DNA of 64,000 nucleotides from Amoebophrya sp. A120. Its lineage: Eukaryota; Protista; Dinoflagellata. Below the pieces are notes generated by a model. It did not search any database. It was not told the DNA's origin and worked only from the letters and a program-made list of their open reading frames with translations. Position 1 is the stretch's first letter. The number at the start of each line of letters is the position of its first letter. Location: the NCBI GenBank assembly GCA_905178155.1, contig CAJINV010000008.1, positions 2,108,001 through 2,172,000 of the forward strand. Direction: 5' to 3'. A program made the translations under genes and the position numbers. Shown here piece after piece: positions 12,471 through 25,300 of the stretch.

Positions 12471-13177
12471 ATGAAAAAGCCAGTGAGCTTTCACTTGGTT
12501 TTTTGAATGTCTTCGGGAGGCAGCGCGAAACCTCGCTGCATGCGAAAAGTTAATGGAATTTCATTCCCCCACTTCTCCAGCCTATTCGTAAAGTGTAGCC
12601 AATAGGAGCGGACTTTTTACTCCCTTGCTCCTGAGGGGACCTCTGGGCGAGCCCGAAGTGCAAAGCCAGCGCGCTTTCGCTTTTGTTGTCAGCGCGCTCG
12701 CAAAGTCAGCCGGCTTTGATTGCCCCCCTAGGGGGATTTGTTTTGTGCCGTCGATCTTCGTTCTGCTGCAGAGGTTTGCGAAGCTTCAAAAGAACTACTA
12801 ACTTACACTATTTCGTTGGTCGTTCAAATTCAACACAGTTTCCTTGTTCGTCTGTCGTGCCGTGCCGCATCAAACGGTTCCTCGTTGTTTCGTTTCTCGA
12901 CACCAAAATCTGCTTTTCAGTTTTCCTGATGAAGCACTTCATTTCTCCTAACAGGCTAGGGCTAGGCTACGACACCGCGGTTGCGCTTTAATTTCTTTGA
13001 AGAACAAGCGGCTTGACGCTGCTTCCACCGGTCTTAGGATTACGTAGTACAAAGACGTTCTTTAAATTTGATGTTGAACAAATGACTGCGGCAGGACAGC
13101 AGCGACCATGCATGATCTACCAAGGTCCAGCTCGTTCCGCGCGTCTGAAAGATGTCTGAAGGTCGGTACCTACACCT

Positions 13178-16100
13178 ATGGTTGCTTCTTGTGCGCTGCC
13201 GTCCAGCGGCATCAAAATGCAAAATATTATACTTTTTTGAGTAGAACAGGATAAGAAGAAGCATGTCCGCGGCATGATAAAGTTTCCTCGGGACAACCTT
13301 CTCCGGGCAGAGGTCGTGCAAGAAGAGCTCGACGTCCAGGTGGTCCACTTGTGCTATGAGATCAGCCAGCAGCAGCTTCCCCCGACGCAGCAGCAGCTCG
13401 TGCAATTGCGCAGTTTACTGCGGGCCCATGCGGACCCGAGCGCACGGCGGATTTCCACCGACGCGCTGCACGCAGTTGCGTTCGAGCCGGACAGCGCCGA
13501 TGGACGGGTGGTGCCTACCGGAGTGCGCCTGGTAGAGCCGAGAGGTAGAAGGGCAACAGCATTTCCGCATGGACAGCGCCCAAGATCACCTGGAGGTCGT
13601 GGCGTCGCCGCCCGTCGCGTGAACACCATCGATTTTGGGGCCAAGTATTTGAAGCGCAACCCCGATTCGGTTCTGCAGGTGGAGAAAGAGGGACGGCTGC
13701 GGCAAGGGATTACGGCGGACATTCCCGCCGCAAACCGTGATTACCTCAATCGCAGTAATAAAACACCGCAGCAAAATAGAACTTCTACGCGGTTGTACGC
13801 CACGGCGTCGTTTTTGGAGACGCGCCAAAACCGGGATCCGTTGAGTCCCTTCGAGGAGCAGAGAAATCACAACCAGTTTGTGGCGAACCACCTGAAGCCA
13901 AGGAGCGGCCAGTCCTGCGTACACCTGCTGGCTGCGGCGGACAAGAACATCCTCGCCCTGGATCTGCTGCTGCGAGATAGTCCGCCGACCTATGATGTGG
14001 CTGCGGAAGGAGAGGGACGAGATCGAGGAGAGGGTGATGTTCGACAGAGCGCGTTGCCTTTTTTCCCCGATGACTTCGGCGACACACCGGTCATGGTTGC
14101 AGTGAAGAATAACGCTCTTCGCACCGCAAGGTTTCTGCTCGCTTTCGAGCACTATCCGGACATGATAAGTCAGGGAGGTAAAAATAAAAAGCTGCAGGAT
14201 GATGTTGACGTTCGAACGCGGCTTCGGAAAGCAGACGCAGAAGAAGAAAATCAGATGCTGATTAGAGACGATAGTAATAACTCTGCAAAGGATGATGCAA
14301 GAGCAGCAACTTCGTTTCTCGATTTTGTGAGTGCGGCGGGAGCTGTAGGACGAGAGGCGTTCGGTACATTATCTTCTACCCTGGAAGGTGGAGCTTCCCC
14401 TGCTGTTTCCCATTTTCCGAGCCTGTTTCTCTTCGGTATGGACGACCCGCATCACGCTGCCTTGCGCTGGACGCGCACCATGTACAGGCTTTTGGAGGCG
14501 GGACGGGAGGAGGGCGGGACGACGTCACACAGAGCTGCGAGAAGCGTTTCTGGAAGCGAGGAGAGCGATCTCGAGTCCGGAGAAGACGCTGCTTCGGACA
14601 AGTATGCTGTCGAATTGCAAGATGTTGAACAGGGAGTATCTGTAGGTCTCGACGCCAACGCGACTCGGGGCCTTCTCCAAGAGAAGACACTTTTGATCCT
14701 TATGTTTGCGAGTTGCCCGATGGACATGACGGGTTCGTCCACCGAGTTCCCTACGTTGGTGGGCCGGTTCCTTGCCTTCTGCGTTCAGACCAGAAGGAAT
14801 GAGCGGTTGCAGACGATGCTGGAAATTGTCAATTTTTTTCTCGACAACTCCGCTCCGGAGTGGCTGGATCCGGAGGTAGAAAAGCAATTGCGCTGCGCCA
14901 CAGGTGGGGCGCCGTCTCCTTCTTCCGCGGCTCAGCTCATGTTTACTAGCGTTTCGGGAGGTCTTCTACCTGGAGCCTTCTCTGGCAGCAGATTCCAACA
15001 GCTGCAAGCTTGTTTGCAGCAGAACCCGCGAGCGCTTTTTTTGGACGTTGTGTCTCGACATTCGCTCGCCTACCTGGCGGTCTCGCAGCTGAACGACAAG
15101 GACATTTACGAGGAAATTTTGCTCAAAAGCGCTCCAGCGTCGTTGCACGCTTTCCACCGGTTATCGGACAAATTGAAGGCGGAAGCGTTCAATTACGGTT
15201 TTTTGAAAGCGGTTTGTGAGGGCAACTACGAGAAGTTGAAACAGTTTTATTTTCACGAGGAGGCGCGGAACTCCGTGCAAGTGAAGCTCTTCGTCGACAG
15301 ACAGTTCGAGAATACGGCGCTGCACTGGGCCGCGCAAAACGACTTTCACGAACTGTGCGCCCACCTGTTGAAAAGTAGGTCCGATCCAATGAAGACCAAC
15401 AAGCAGGGCCAAATCCCCGCGGATCTAGCGCCGCAGAATTCCGCGCTGCGGCAGCAACTGTGGCGCGCGTTTGTCTTGGCCGCCGAAGTGGAGAAGGCGA
15501 AGGCTTCGACGTTGCTGGGCACCGACCTGACGGGCGCGTTGCAGATGGACAAAACATTCATCGAAACGTATGAAATCGACGTGGAACAAGTAGACCTTGA
15601 CCTTCTCGCGATGTCTTCAGCTGCCTCACCTGCAGGAGCACAACACAGTCGTGCAGCCGTGGAAGCTGCACGTAGTGGCCGCGATAGGACGACATCAACT
15701 ACATCTTCACCGAGGATCATGGAACCGATGATAACTCCCACCAGCAAGGGCGTGTTATACATTCAGATTCTGAACTGCAAGAACCTTCCGCGGGCGAGTA
15801 ATTTCAAAAGTCTTTTCGGCCTGGAGCCCGAGGAGCCCCGGTGCTACGTCGAGGTGATCGTGGACAGCAACAGGAAAAAGACGCTGCCGGCCTTGAACGG
15901 GCACAGCTGCGACCCCGTCTTCGAGACCACAAGTAAGTTTTCCGCCTTCCATATGGATGTGTCAGGATTGAAATCGACAAAGTTGAAATAATTTGTAATG
16001 CATAAAATGCATAACCCGAGGTACGTGTGTTGCAGAGCAGGCAAGTGAGGCCGACTGTAAGCCTGTTTGGGGTTACAGCTCGAGCTGCTAAAGTAGCATG

Positions 16101-17233
16101 AGAAAATCACTCTTCTTTGCCTAAACAGCACGACAAACTGGATTTAGAGACCGCCGAAATTTGTCATGCGCCACTTGGAAACTGGGTTCCAACTAGCATC
16201 CATTTTATGCATGACAACTTTTAGTACGCATGGGGTCTGCTTGTGGCTGCTGCTTCCTTATAGCAGTATGTCTGGTGGGCTCCTGCACAGTTTGTTGGCG
16301 CAATAAGTTGGTTCGTTGGCGAACGTTAAACGTATTCTGTTGGCAAAAAGTTGGGAATGTTGGCGAACAATAAACGCATCTGTTGGCGCAATGTAAGGAT
16401 CGTTGGCGAACGTTAAACGCATGTTGGCGATGTGAGGACTGTGTGCGAAAGTAAGGTAAAGGCGGCGTAAAGTTGGATGTGCCCGGGGATGATGGTGATG
16501 GCTTCGGTCCGCCTGACTCCGCGACCTGGTGGCCGAACCACGTGCGGTTCGGTGCCCTTACAGGTTGTGTAGTGGTTTCGGTCGGTTTAGCATGACAAAT
16601 TATTTCAACTTTGTCGATTTCAACTCTGACACATCCATATTCCAGTTCCCGTGTACCCCGGACACGACCGTGAAGCTGTTGGTCTTCCACCACGAAGGGG
16701 TGCTGTTTGGCGGCGACGACTTCATCGGGAGTTACTTCTTTCACCTGGGCCACGAACTGCACAAAACGCCGCAGATCGAGAAGCGCACCGGCGGTGGCGG
16801 GGGCTTAGTAGCTGCGAGCACCGCCACCAATGCAGCGGAGGAAATAAAAGCGACCGGGGTGACACTCACCAGAAGACTGGAAAAATTGCAATCTGACCAT
16901 TCTATCGCCGCCCTCGAACAACAAGCCGAGGAACTAGGCGACGCAGAAAATTATTCGAGACCCGAGGAGTTGTACGGCGGTCCTTCTAGTAGAAGAACAT
17001 CTACTGCCTCTGCCAACCGCTGGCCGCACTCCGGGAGGCCAGAAATCGAGTTTCGTGTGTCTTACGACCGCACGCAGCTGCAATCCACGACGAAGATGGT
17101 GGGGGTGAACCAAAACGCTTTGTCCGACCACGATACGCGGGATCCGTTCAATCACTCGTTCGAAAACTTTATGTTTCACTACGCGAAAGAGCCCGAATTC
17201 TTCAAGTACTTACCACGAAACCCGCTATTTTGA
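13178..17233 (+). CDS. Ankyrin-repeat and C2-domain protein; exons 13178-13212, 13276-15951, 16645-17233
   Basis: Ankyrin motifs GQSCVHLLA, GDTPVMVAV, NTALHWAAQN..GQIPADLA; C2 domain GVLYIQILNCKNL..CYVEV..DPVFE..AF|QFPC..VKLLVFHH..DDFIGS joined across an IR intron; first exon is less certain. Confidence 0.8.
15952..16644 (+). mobile_element. Non-canonical IR intron (introner) splitting the C2 domain
   Basis: ~50-bp IR TATGGATGTGTCAGGATTGAAATCGACAAAGTTGAAATAATTTG / CAAATTATTTCAACTTTGTCGATTTCAACTCTGACACATCCATA; DR TTCCA; 693 nt with in-frame stops; internal GTTGGCG-based tandem repeats ~16290-16432. Confidence 0.9.
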
Positions 17234-17955
17234 CGATGTTGAAAGTACTTCTTTTCAGAAATAGGGGGCCGCGAGGAGCAGGCGCACCGAGTGATAATGG
17301 TTTTGATCGCATTGATCTGCTTTGATGTTCCTTCTCACAACTACACCTATAGAGCAGTGAAAACTCGGCAGTGCCCTGACAGTATCGGGCTTACCTAGGC
17401 GCGAGAACCACGCCCGCGCATGTTGTTCTATCTCGTAACTGTATCTATCAGCTGAAAAATATTGCTCCGCATGACCGCAACGAAGCAGTTCTATTAGTTT
17501 ACTCGTCCTCGTTATATCGTGGGACGGGTCGTGGTGCCGCGTTCGTGCGAATTCGCATTCGGAAAATGAACACACTGCCGGTAGTGCTCTTAGTATTTCC
17601 AGTCGGTTCTCCAGCTCAAGGGTGTATATGAATTCTGCGCAACGCCAACGTCAGAAAGCTTCGTCTTGAATCGATGTACGTCGGCACGAGACTTGCGACG
17701 GATGGACCTCCGCACATTACGAGAATGAATCGGTTGCCTTGTCGTTAGTATCTTCAGCACTAGTTCTTCTGAAGATGATGAAGAAGAATGTGTTTCATCA
17801 GTTTTTTTTTTCGCAATCACTTTCGTTTTTGTTTAGTTTTCTATCCACTTAGTTTGTCTTGTGTGCAGGTGCAGGACTAGGATCAGAAGCCGTGAATAAA
17901 GATCAGCAAGAGCAGTCATTCAAAATGTTGGTGGAGGAAAGGGTGCAGCACACAC

Positions 17956-18606
17956 ATGGCGAAACCACCAAGCTCTTTTCCCCCCAAGATACCGTCCTCA
18001 CCCCCGTGGGGGCCTGCAATTGCGACCGCGCAGCGCCGCCCGGCTTTCTGTTGCGCGGGGGCGGAGCAGTGTGTACACATGTTGGGGTTGCCGTTTGCGT
18101 CACGACAAATTGGGACGGCTTGGGAAGTACTGGTTTTCTTCCTATTGTGTTCCGACTCGACGTGTTGAGCGTTGTGATGCGCGCACGTAAAAAATAAAAA
18201 TGTACTACTAACTAGCACCTGAGACGATAGAGCAGATAAGTGCGAAGTGCATGGGCATGATTCTATGATAGGCCTTTGATCATTGCTCATGCTCTACTTC
18301 AGTGAATGCACTGCAAAAACGAAAACAGGTGATGCAATGCATGCTCAAACGCGGTACTTGGTTTGTCTCTGGGTTACTCTCGTGATGATGCTATTTTTCG
18401 CCGACCTGGCGGAGAAGAAGGAGGCGGAGGAGCACGGTGCGGTAAGCGGCCACGTGCTTCTGGCCGCGTATGCAGTCCTCGTCATAGTGCACATCGGCGC
18501 GTATTTGTTAGCAGTTTTTCACATTCTGACCTGGGAACCACAACTGTACATGGCGGGGCGGAAAAATAGAAGCAAAGCCGTCGTAGGACCACCGCAGGGA
18601 GTTTGA
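17956..18606 (+). CDS. Small multi-pass membrane protein; exons 17956-18164, 18354-18606
   Basis: Two same-frame ORFs joined across a 189-nt intron with short IR TTGAGC/GCTCAA and DR ACGTG/ACGCG; 2-3 hydrophobic helices. Confidence 0.55.
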
Positions 18607-19355
18607 GAAGTTTATTTGGAGATCCATCTATTCTCTTCCACCTTGTGCTTCAATTCCAGCCCTAGCTAGTTGTAGTGTACCTATTTCCTTTGGAAGATCT
18701 CGAACTTTGCAAGCACGACGTGTCAAAATTAAAGCCTCAAGGTGTGCTGTTTCTGGAGGGCAACATTTTCGTTTCCACTGTACCTTTTCAGCGTTGTTGT
18801 TTTCTATTCCGACTTGTAGTCGTAAAAATTGTAAATGAAAAATTGTTTGCGGAAATGATGAAAAATTAATTGTCATTCAAAATAAACTTGGAATGTGGAC
18901 GTGAATGTGGAGGAATCGATTGTGATTGCTGCGTACAGGGCGGGAAAAAACGAAGAACAACTTTGAAACAGTGCTTGCGCATGAGCATGTGATCGAAGTG
19001 AAGAATGTCGCCCGTGGTCGTGCTGCTTTTTTGATTTTGTTGATAGTGTCGATCTTGGATTGTTTTGTAGATGAAACACGACTATGCCATTTTGGCTGAA
19101 GTTTCCATCCTTGTTTCAACGTTGTCGGTCCTTGTTTGCTTTTTTGATTTTGTATAATTCTGCACAGACGAATGAAAAATACTACGTCTAGGTGATAGGC
19201 GTGCTGAGTTGCAGTAGTCGTCCACACTGCAGCACCAGAGTGATTTATTATGGTCATCGCTTGCATGACTTTAACGAAGCAGCCTTGAAGCCGGAAGTTG
19301 ATGTAGGAACTCTGCATCTAAGTAAAGTATTGGTCAATGAGCCTCCTTTTTTGAA

Positions 19356-22300
19356 ATGTCTGCGTCTGCCATAAACCTTCCGCCCGACCCCGGAGTGGTT
19401 GCAGAGCAGGAAACCGACATGCCGCCAGCGCAGCTTCGGCAGCGAAATTTCTCTAAGTCGGCGGATGATGAAAATGCTGCTGCGCTGCACCCTGATCAGA
19501 CTGCCGCTGCACGCAAGAAAGTGGGACCTGCACTTTCCTCAAGAAAAGAGACGCAGCAGCTGGAAGAAGAGAGTGAGGAGCTAGGGCCAGACCAAGAGAC
19601 AACGATCCGCCAAGCTGAGGACAATACCGCCGAGGACGGAGCTGATGTTCCTCTTCTGGAACGAGAACACCGGGTTTCTGATGAGCACAGTAGACCACGT
19701 TCTGCTAGCGAGGACGACGGTGATGAAGAAAAAAAAACCAACAGGGCGGCAACATCGCTGCTCAACTTGTTCGAAGCAATGTGGAAGAGACGAGGACAGG
19801 TGGCCCTGTTGCTTGTCGGAGTGGCCGTGGACAGGTTCCTTCTAACGTCCTCTCGTGAAGAAGACCCTGCCGCATCAACATCAACTGCATCCGATCCCCA
19901 TGGCTCCTTGGTGGAGACCAAAGCGGCAGGCTCTACTTTTGACTCCGAGCATCGACGTGACACCGAGGACCAGGAGGATGGCGTGTTCGATAGCGCGGAA
20001 CTAGAAGAGCCTGCGGTGGCTCACATGCGTGATGTGCCACAAGGTGAAGGGATCCTGAACTTTGACCGCGGCACTGGTACGCCGACACGTCTGCAGAGCG
20101 ATCGCGACCTGTTAGCCTCAAAGGAACAAGCGCAGCAAAATGACGGTGCTGCAATGATGAAGCAGGCTGCGAGGATACAAAGTAAGTCCGGAAGCAGGCT
20201 GCAGCCACGAGAAGAGCAGGAGTCGCCAACGTCGGCCGTAATGCAGCTCCAAGATGGCGGCGCGACAAGGATGAAAAGGCAACAAATTTCGGGCAGGAGG
20301 AGCGAAACAAAAACAACCGCGGAAACACAACCAAGCGACAGCGAATCACAAAGAGAAACAGGCGCGACCAGTAGAAGCACGACATCAAAGTCGAAGGCAG
20401 CAAAAAAACGGAAGGGGAATCAAGAAAAACCAAAGAGAGCCGAGCAGGCTGGAAAGCCCAGCGAGGAAGAAGTAGAAAATGAAGAGCCGGCCCTTTCATC
20501 ATCTTCCACAGCCTTCTTGAAAGTAGCGCAGCACGACGTGGAGCCCCCGTTACGGACAGACAAGCATTTGATTCTGGACCGCAACGACGAGATCGTCATT
20601 CTTCAGGGGACCAATTGGGCCGCGCACTGGGCCACCGGTACGCCGCTCACATTTCGCTACCTTACACTCCAGGAAGTCGCGGATTTTCTTGTGAGTCAGA
20701 ACTTCAACCACGTTCGTTTGACTTTCAGCCTGGATAGCCTTTTTGGCTTGATTCAATTTGACACAGAGCAGGAATTCGAAGCGCACATCCGCCACTGGTT
20801 TCGGGCGGACCAGCCGCTTGCAGAGAAGGTAATTGCGTTCCAAAAGAATGCTGCGCAACTAGACCACCAGCAGCAGGATAACATCGCGGATTACGACGTC
20901 CACTACGACGAGACCCTTTTGGCGGACGAGGCAAAGTTCACCGACGCGCTCAGACAGTATGTTGACAAGTCCTGGTCCTTCTTCCTGTTATCCGAAATCG
21001 TGAAGGTTCTCACCGAGAGGAAAATTATGGTGATCCTGAACAACCACGTGTCGATGGCCGGGCCCTGCTGCTCCCTGGCTGGAAGGGTGGACGGGAACGA
21101 GTACTGGTTTAACGGCGACGACTTTTCGCCGGACCCGACCTACGCCCATCCCTCGAACGGGCAGGCGTACAACGAAAAGAAGTTGCACAAGCAGTACGGC
21201 CTCCCCTGTATGGCGCTCTCAAGTTGGACGCTGGTCACTGTTGCAAGCATCACTGTAGTTCCTTGATTTGCCACACAGAGCCTCTACCAGCATCAGCATG
21301 CTCAAGCTGGCTTGCCTGACTGCTCCGTGCCAGATTTGTAACTGAAAGAGCACATAGCCCCGCGATTGCTTTAGCGGCTCTGCCATTTTAGAAATCGTCA
21401 AAGAGAGATCATGCAACAGCGATCAATGTAACGCTCGAGGAGGTCGCCATACCCCTAATCAAGAACTTTTACAGCGAGCGCTCGTGGCTGTCGCACGTGA
21501 GCATCATCGCCCGGCGGTTTCACGGGAACCGTTTTGTGGTGGGTTTCGACCTGCGAAATGAGGTGCGGTCCCCCTTCCCCGAGGGTGGTTTTCTCTCCTA
21601 TCTTGAAAACGGAGAGGTGCCACTTTTCTGGTCGTCTTCACCTGAAAAAGCGAATGACCACCTGGACAGTAAACAGATGGAAGAACGAGATCAGGACAGT
21701 CATAGCGACGCCAGGAGTGGAACTACATCGGAAAATGAAACATCAAGAGCACGCAAGCGGTATCACGGATGCTTTGACTGGGCCACTGCGGCGACGAAAG
21801 CCGGGCATCGGGTCCTCCACGAGAACCCGACTGCTCTTGTATTTGTGGAGCTTCTGCAGTTTGCGATGTACCTTCCTGCAGGCGAGTCGCGATCTCGGTC
21901 GGGGGCACTGCACAAGATATTTCCAGGACGGATAGTTTACTCCATTCACGAGTACCGACGGTTCTGGTGGCCATGGTTTTTCTCGGATGCTGGAGATTTT
22001 CCGTCTGACCTCTTTGGAAATCTAGGGAAGGGCGATTTCGGGACGACCGCTGTGGATTTCGGTAAACTCCTGCAAAGTGCTATGCAGCAGCTGCCGAACT
22101 GGAACGAATTTCTCGACTACAAAGACCGGATGTTTGGCCACGTGTACGGACTTGCCCCGCTCTGGATTTCCGAACTCGGCGGCGGCGACATTTCGGACGA
22201 TCTGCAGCTACAATACGCGGGGGGCAACGCCGCCACGAGCTCGGAACTACTCCGCCAAGAGGGCGAGGCAGAGCGGCAGCGAGAGGACAGAAGTCACCTG

Positions 22301-25300
22301 TCTCCCTGCCCAGCTACAAGTGGGAATAGCGGCGCAGTAAAGACAAGCGCGGACAAAAAGGGCGCTGCCGCGACCACGACAAGCCTCCTTGATATTCTGC
22401 AAGCATCTTCGAGGGCCAATACGCACTACACATTTACCGAACACGACGCGCAGAATGTACGACGAGGAAACGCGGCTACCTCAGCGCCAGTATTATTCTT
22501 CGTGTTACATCATGATCATGTAAGAGTAAGGCGATCTCGATGCTAGGACATTCAAGGTGTGGCTGTCTCGTGCATGGTCGCCATAATATGCAGAAAGCTC
22601 ACGAACGTTCTATCCTGGTCGTTTTTATTTGGCCACCTCCCGCGCAAAGCGACCGGAAGCTATGAAGCGTTTGCATGCAAAAGAAGTTTTTTACAGATAC
22701 AGAGACAGACCCAAGAGGTGGCGCGGAGCGACAGCCGGAACTGGGCCACGCAGGGCCCTCCCTAAGACGGAGGGCAAGCGTGCCGGCGTCGGTGTCGGTG
22801 TGTCTATTGTGCTTCTTCGTGGCCTACACATTTGCCGCGCCAAGTGCCCGGGGGCGTCCCCGTTGGCCCCTATTAGAAAGGGTCCAGGACGCCCCCCCTA
22901 CCAGGGACTAACTCCATTGATTCCTTTTGTCCTGTCCAGATTCCCGGACTCCTTTTTGGCCACTACATGCTGTTCTGCTAAAAGTGCTGTGACTGTCGGC
23001 ATTCGTACGACTGCAGCGTGCGTGTTTGGAAATTTCCTCTGGATACCGAGCCCGCAGGCGCCGGCTGTCGGCACTTATCCCCTTACTGTAGCCAAGGCGC
23101 TTGTGCATCAGCAGGAACGCGAGCAGCGCACGGAGCGCGTTCGGGATGCTGCCTTCCAGGGGCGGTGCGATGAATCCACCAGCCGCAGCTCTGCCACCCG
23201 AGGAGAAGTGTCCGAGCCCCTGGGCACCAGAGAGCAAGCTCTAGCACGAGTAACCTTCGAGGTCCTCTTAATGGAGCTTCTGACTGGCGGCCTTCGGGGG
23301 GAAACCGCGTCCGCGGAATCGGGAACTAATTTTTTTCCGTCGGGCAAGCGCTTCCTGAAGAGTCTGACACGCTCCGTCTTAGGGCGTTTACATATCGATC
23401 CCCAGCATGCCAATCACGATGCCGATTCGAAACAGAAGACCGTGGCTGGAACTCAAACATCGTACGAAAAAGATTAAGGGGCTTCACTGTAGTTTGCAAC
23501 GGATGCGTCACAAATTTGAGCAGCACACAAAAGAAAAGCTGCCGTCCGTGCTTCGTGAGGGGAAAAAAGGCAAGAATCCATTGTCTTGCATGTGTAGCAA
23601 AACACACACAACTTTTGTACTGCGTCCTCTGCTCCCCTTGCTTGAAGCATCATGTTTTTTGCGATATCAGACCACTCACTGAAATTCACAAAAGCGGATT
23701 ATCCAGCACTGCAGATATGTAGTGTAGGTCTGCTGGAAGATTGTCTTTGTAAATGATAATTGTGTAGCTAACAGTAAACACATAGCATATGCATACATAG
23801 TCAGACTACACCAGACAGGTCAAGAGGTGGACACATTTTTCAGCGACTCGCTGTTCCGTAAGCTTTTGCCTCCCTGGTTGACAACGTTGACAGGTCGCGT
23901 TGTTGTATGGCACACAAAATGCGTTGCACCAAAACTATCGCCATACGCATGTTGACAGATACTTCTCTCGTACGGTGGGCCGATATAATTATTCCAATTT
24001 TCCAGACGTAGAGCTAGACATATTTGCAATGCAGATGAAACTGGACCAGAGCGAGACAAAAAAGGGCCAGCTTTAGCGGGAACTGAAAAAGAGACAACTT
24101 TTTCCGCCCTCACTTCTGTCACTTTCGACCCACAAGCTGCGCGACGGACGTTGGCGCGACTGTATCCCAAAACGAGAACGCGAGAAAACACTACTAGCCA
24201 TGACCGCGCTGCAGCAGACGGCCTATCTTCTTCCGGTGCTGACGTCAGCCAGGTTTTGCTCTTACTGAACAACACCGTCACTCCATTGATTAACGAGTTT
24301 GACGTTTCTGGAAGAGGTCTGCGGATCGGGTACACGAACACAGGGAGCACAATTGATCTGCGTGTCGTCAAGAAAAACGCGTCGCTTTTCCGTCGCCAAG
24401 TGGCTGATTACCGGGAAGGAAAAATCGCTCTAGACCTAGAGGGCCACGGGAATGCCGGCGAGGAGCGGAAACGAGAACGCGCCGAAAGACACGACCGGGG
24501 GGAAAGCGATAACCCACAGGACGAGGATCAACGCAAGCTCTTCCATGAAGCGAACACGATGCATGGCGACAGCTCCCAGGTGCTTCCGGATCAGCCCAAG
24601 CGTGAGCATGGCGAGAACGTTGGCACACTGCCGAGCGTGGCGCTGCGGGAGTTGCAAGCTTTGGGAGCAAAGCTGCAAGTCGGCCCGCTTTTGCACCTTC
24701 GCAGCGCTATACAGAAATCTACATTAAACTTATGCACCAGGAGCACGGTAAATATCTCTACTGTGTCTGGAAAGAACTTGCGAGACTGTCAGGGGTCGCT
24801 GACAGGATCAAGGCAAAATCTGTCATCATGCAAGTGCCCTTTCTTCGGTTATTTTATTATTTACCGGCATTGATTCAAAATGTTGGTCATGGAAATCGAT
24901 CCCGCACACACGTAACACGATCGCCCCATGATGTCTACGAACCGTGAGGATCGTGGTGTCAGAGTACATATCCAAGATTTGTAAGAAATTCCACGTCTCA
25001 GAAGCGGGCAAGCCGGTCCACTCGCCAAACTTCGATGAGTCTGAACTCGCTAAAGAAGTTGAAGGAGCTAAAGTTATTGAAGGCTTTCCCCTTCGAGAGG
25101 TCGTTGGCTCTCTGCAGTGGGCTGCAACCACTTGCAGGGTAGACATTGCTGTCCCGGTTGCCACTGTCGCGAGATACGTAGGCAAGCCGGCGACTCGGCC
25201 TGTCGTAAACGCCTGTAAGAAGATTCTGAAGTATCTACTGACAACGAAGGAGCAGGGTCTGTCGTATAGTCCGGAAATTGAGGAGGAATTCAACAGAATC

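Noticed and set aside
22629-23384. 282-aa ORF as a stand-alone gene
   Set aside because: Mostly lies within an IR-bounded insertion in a GH5 intron; only its 3' end may be exonic
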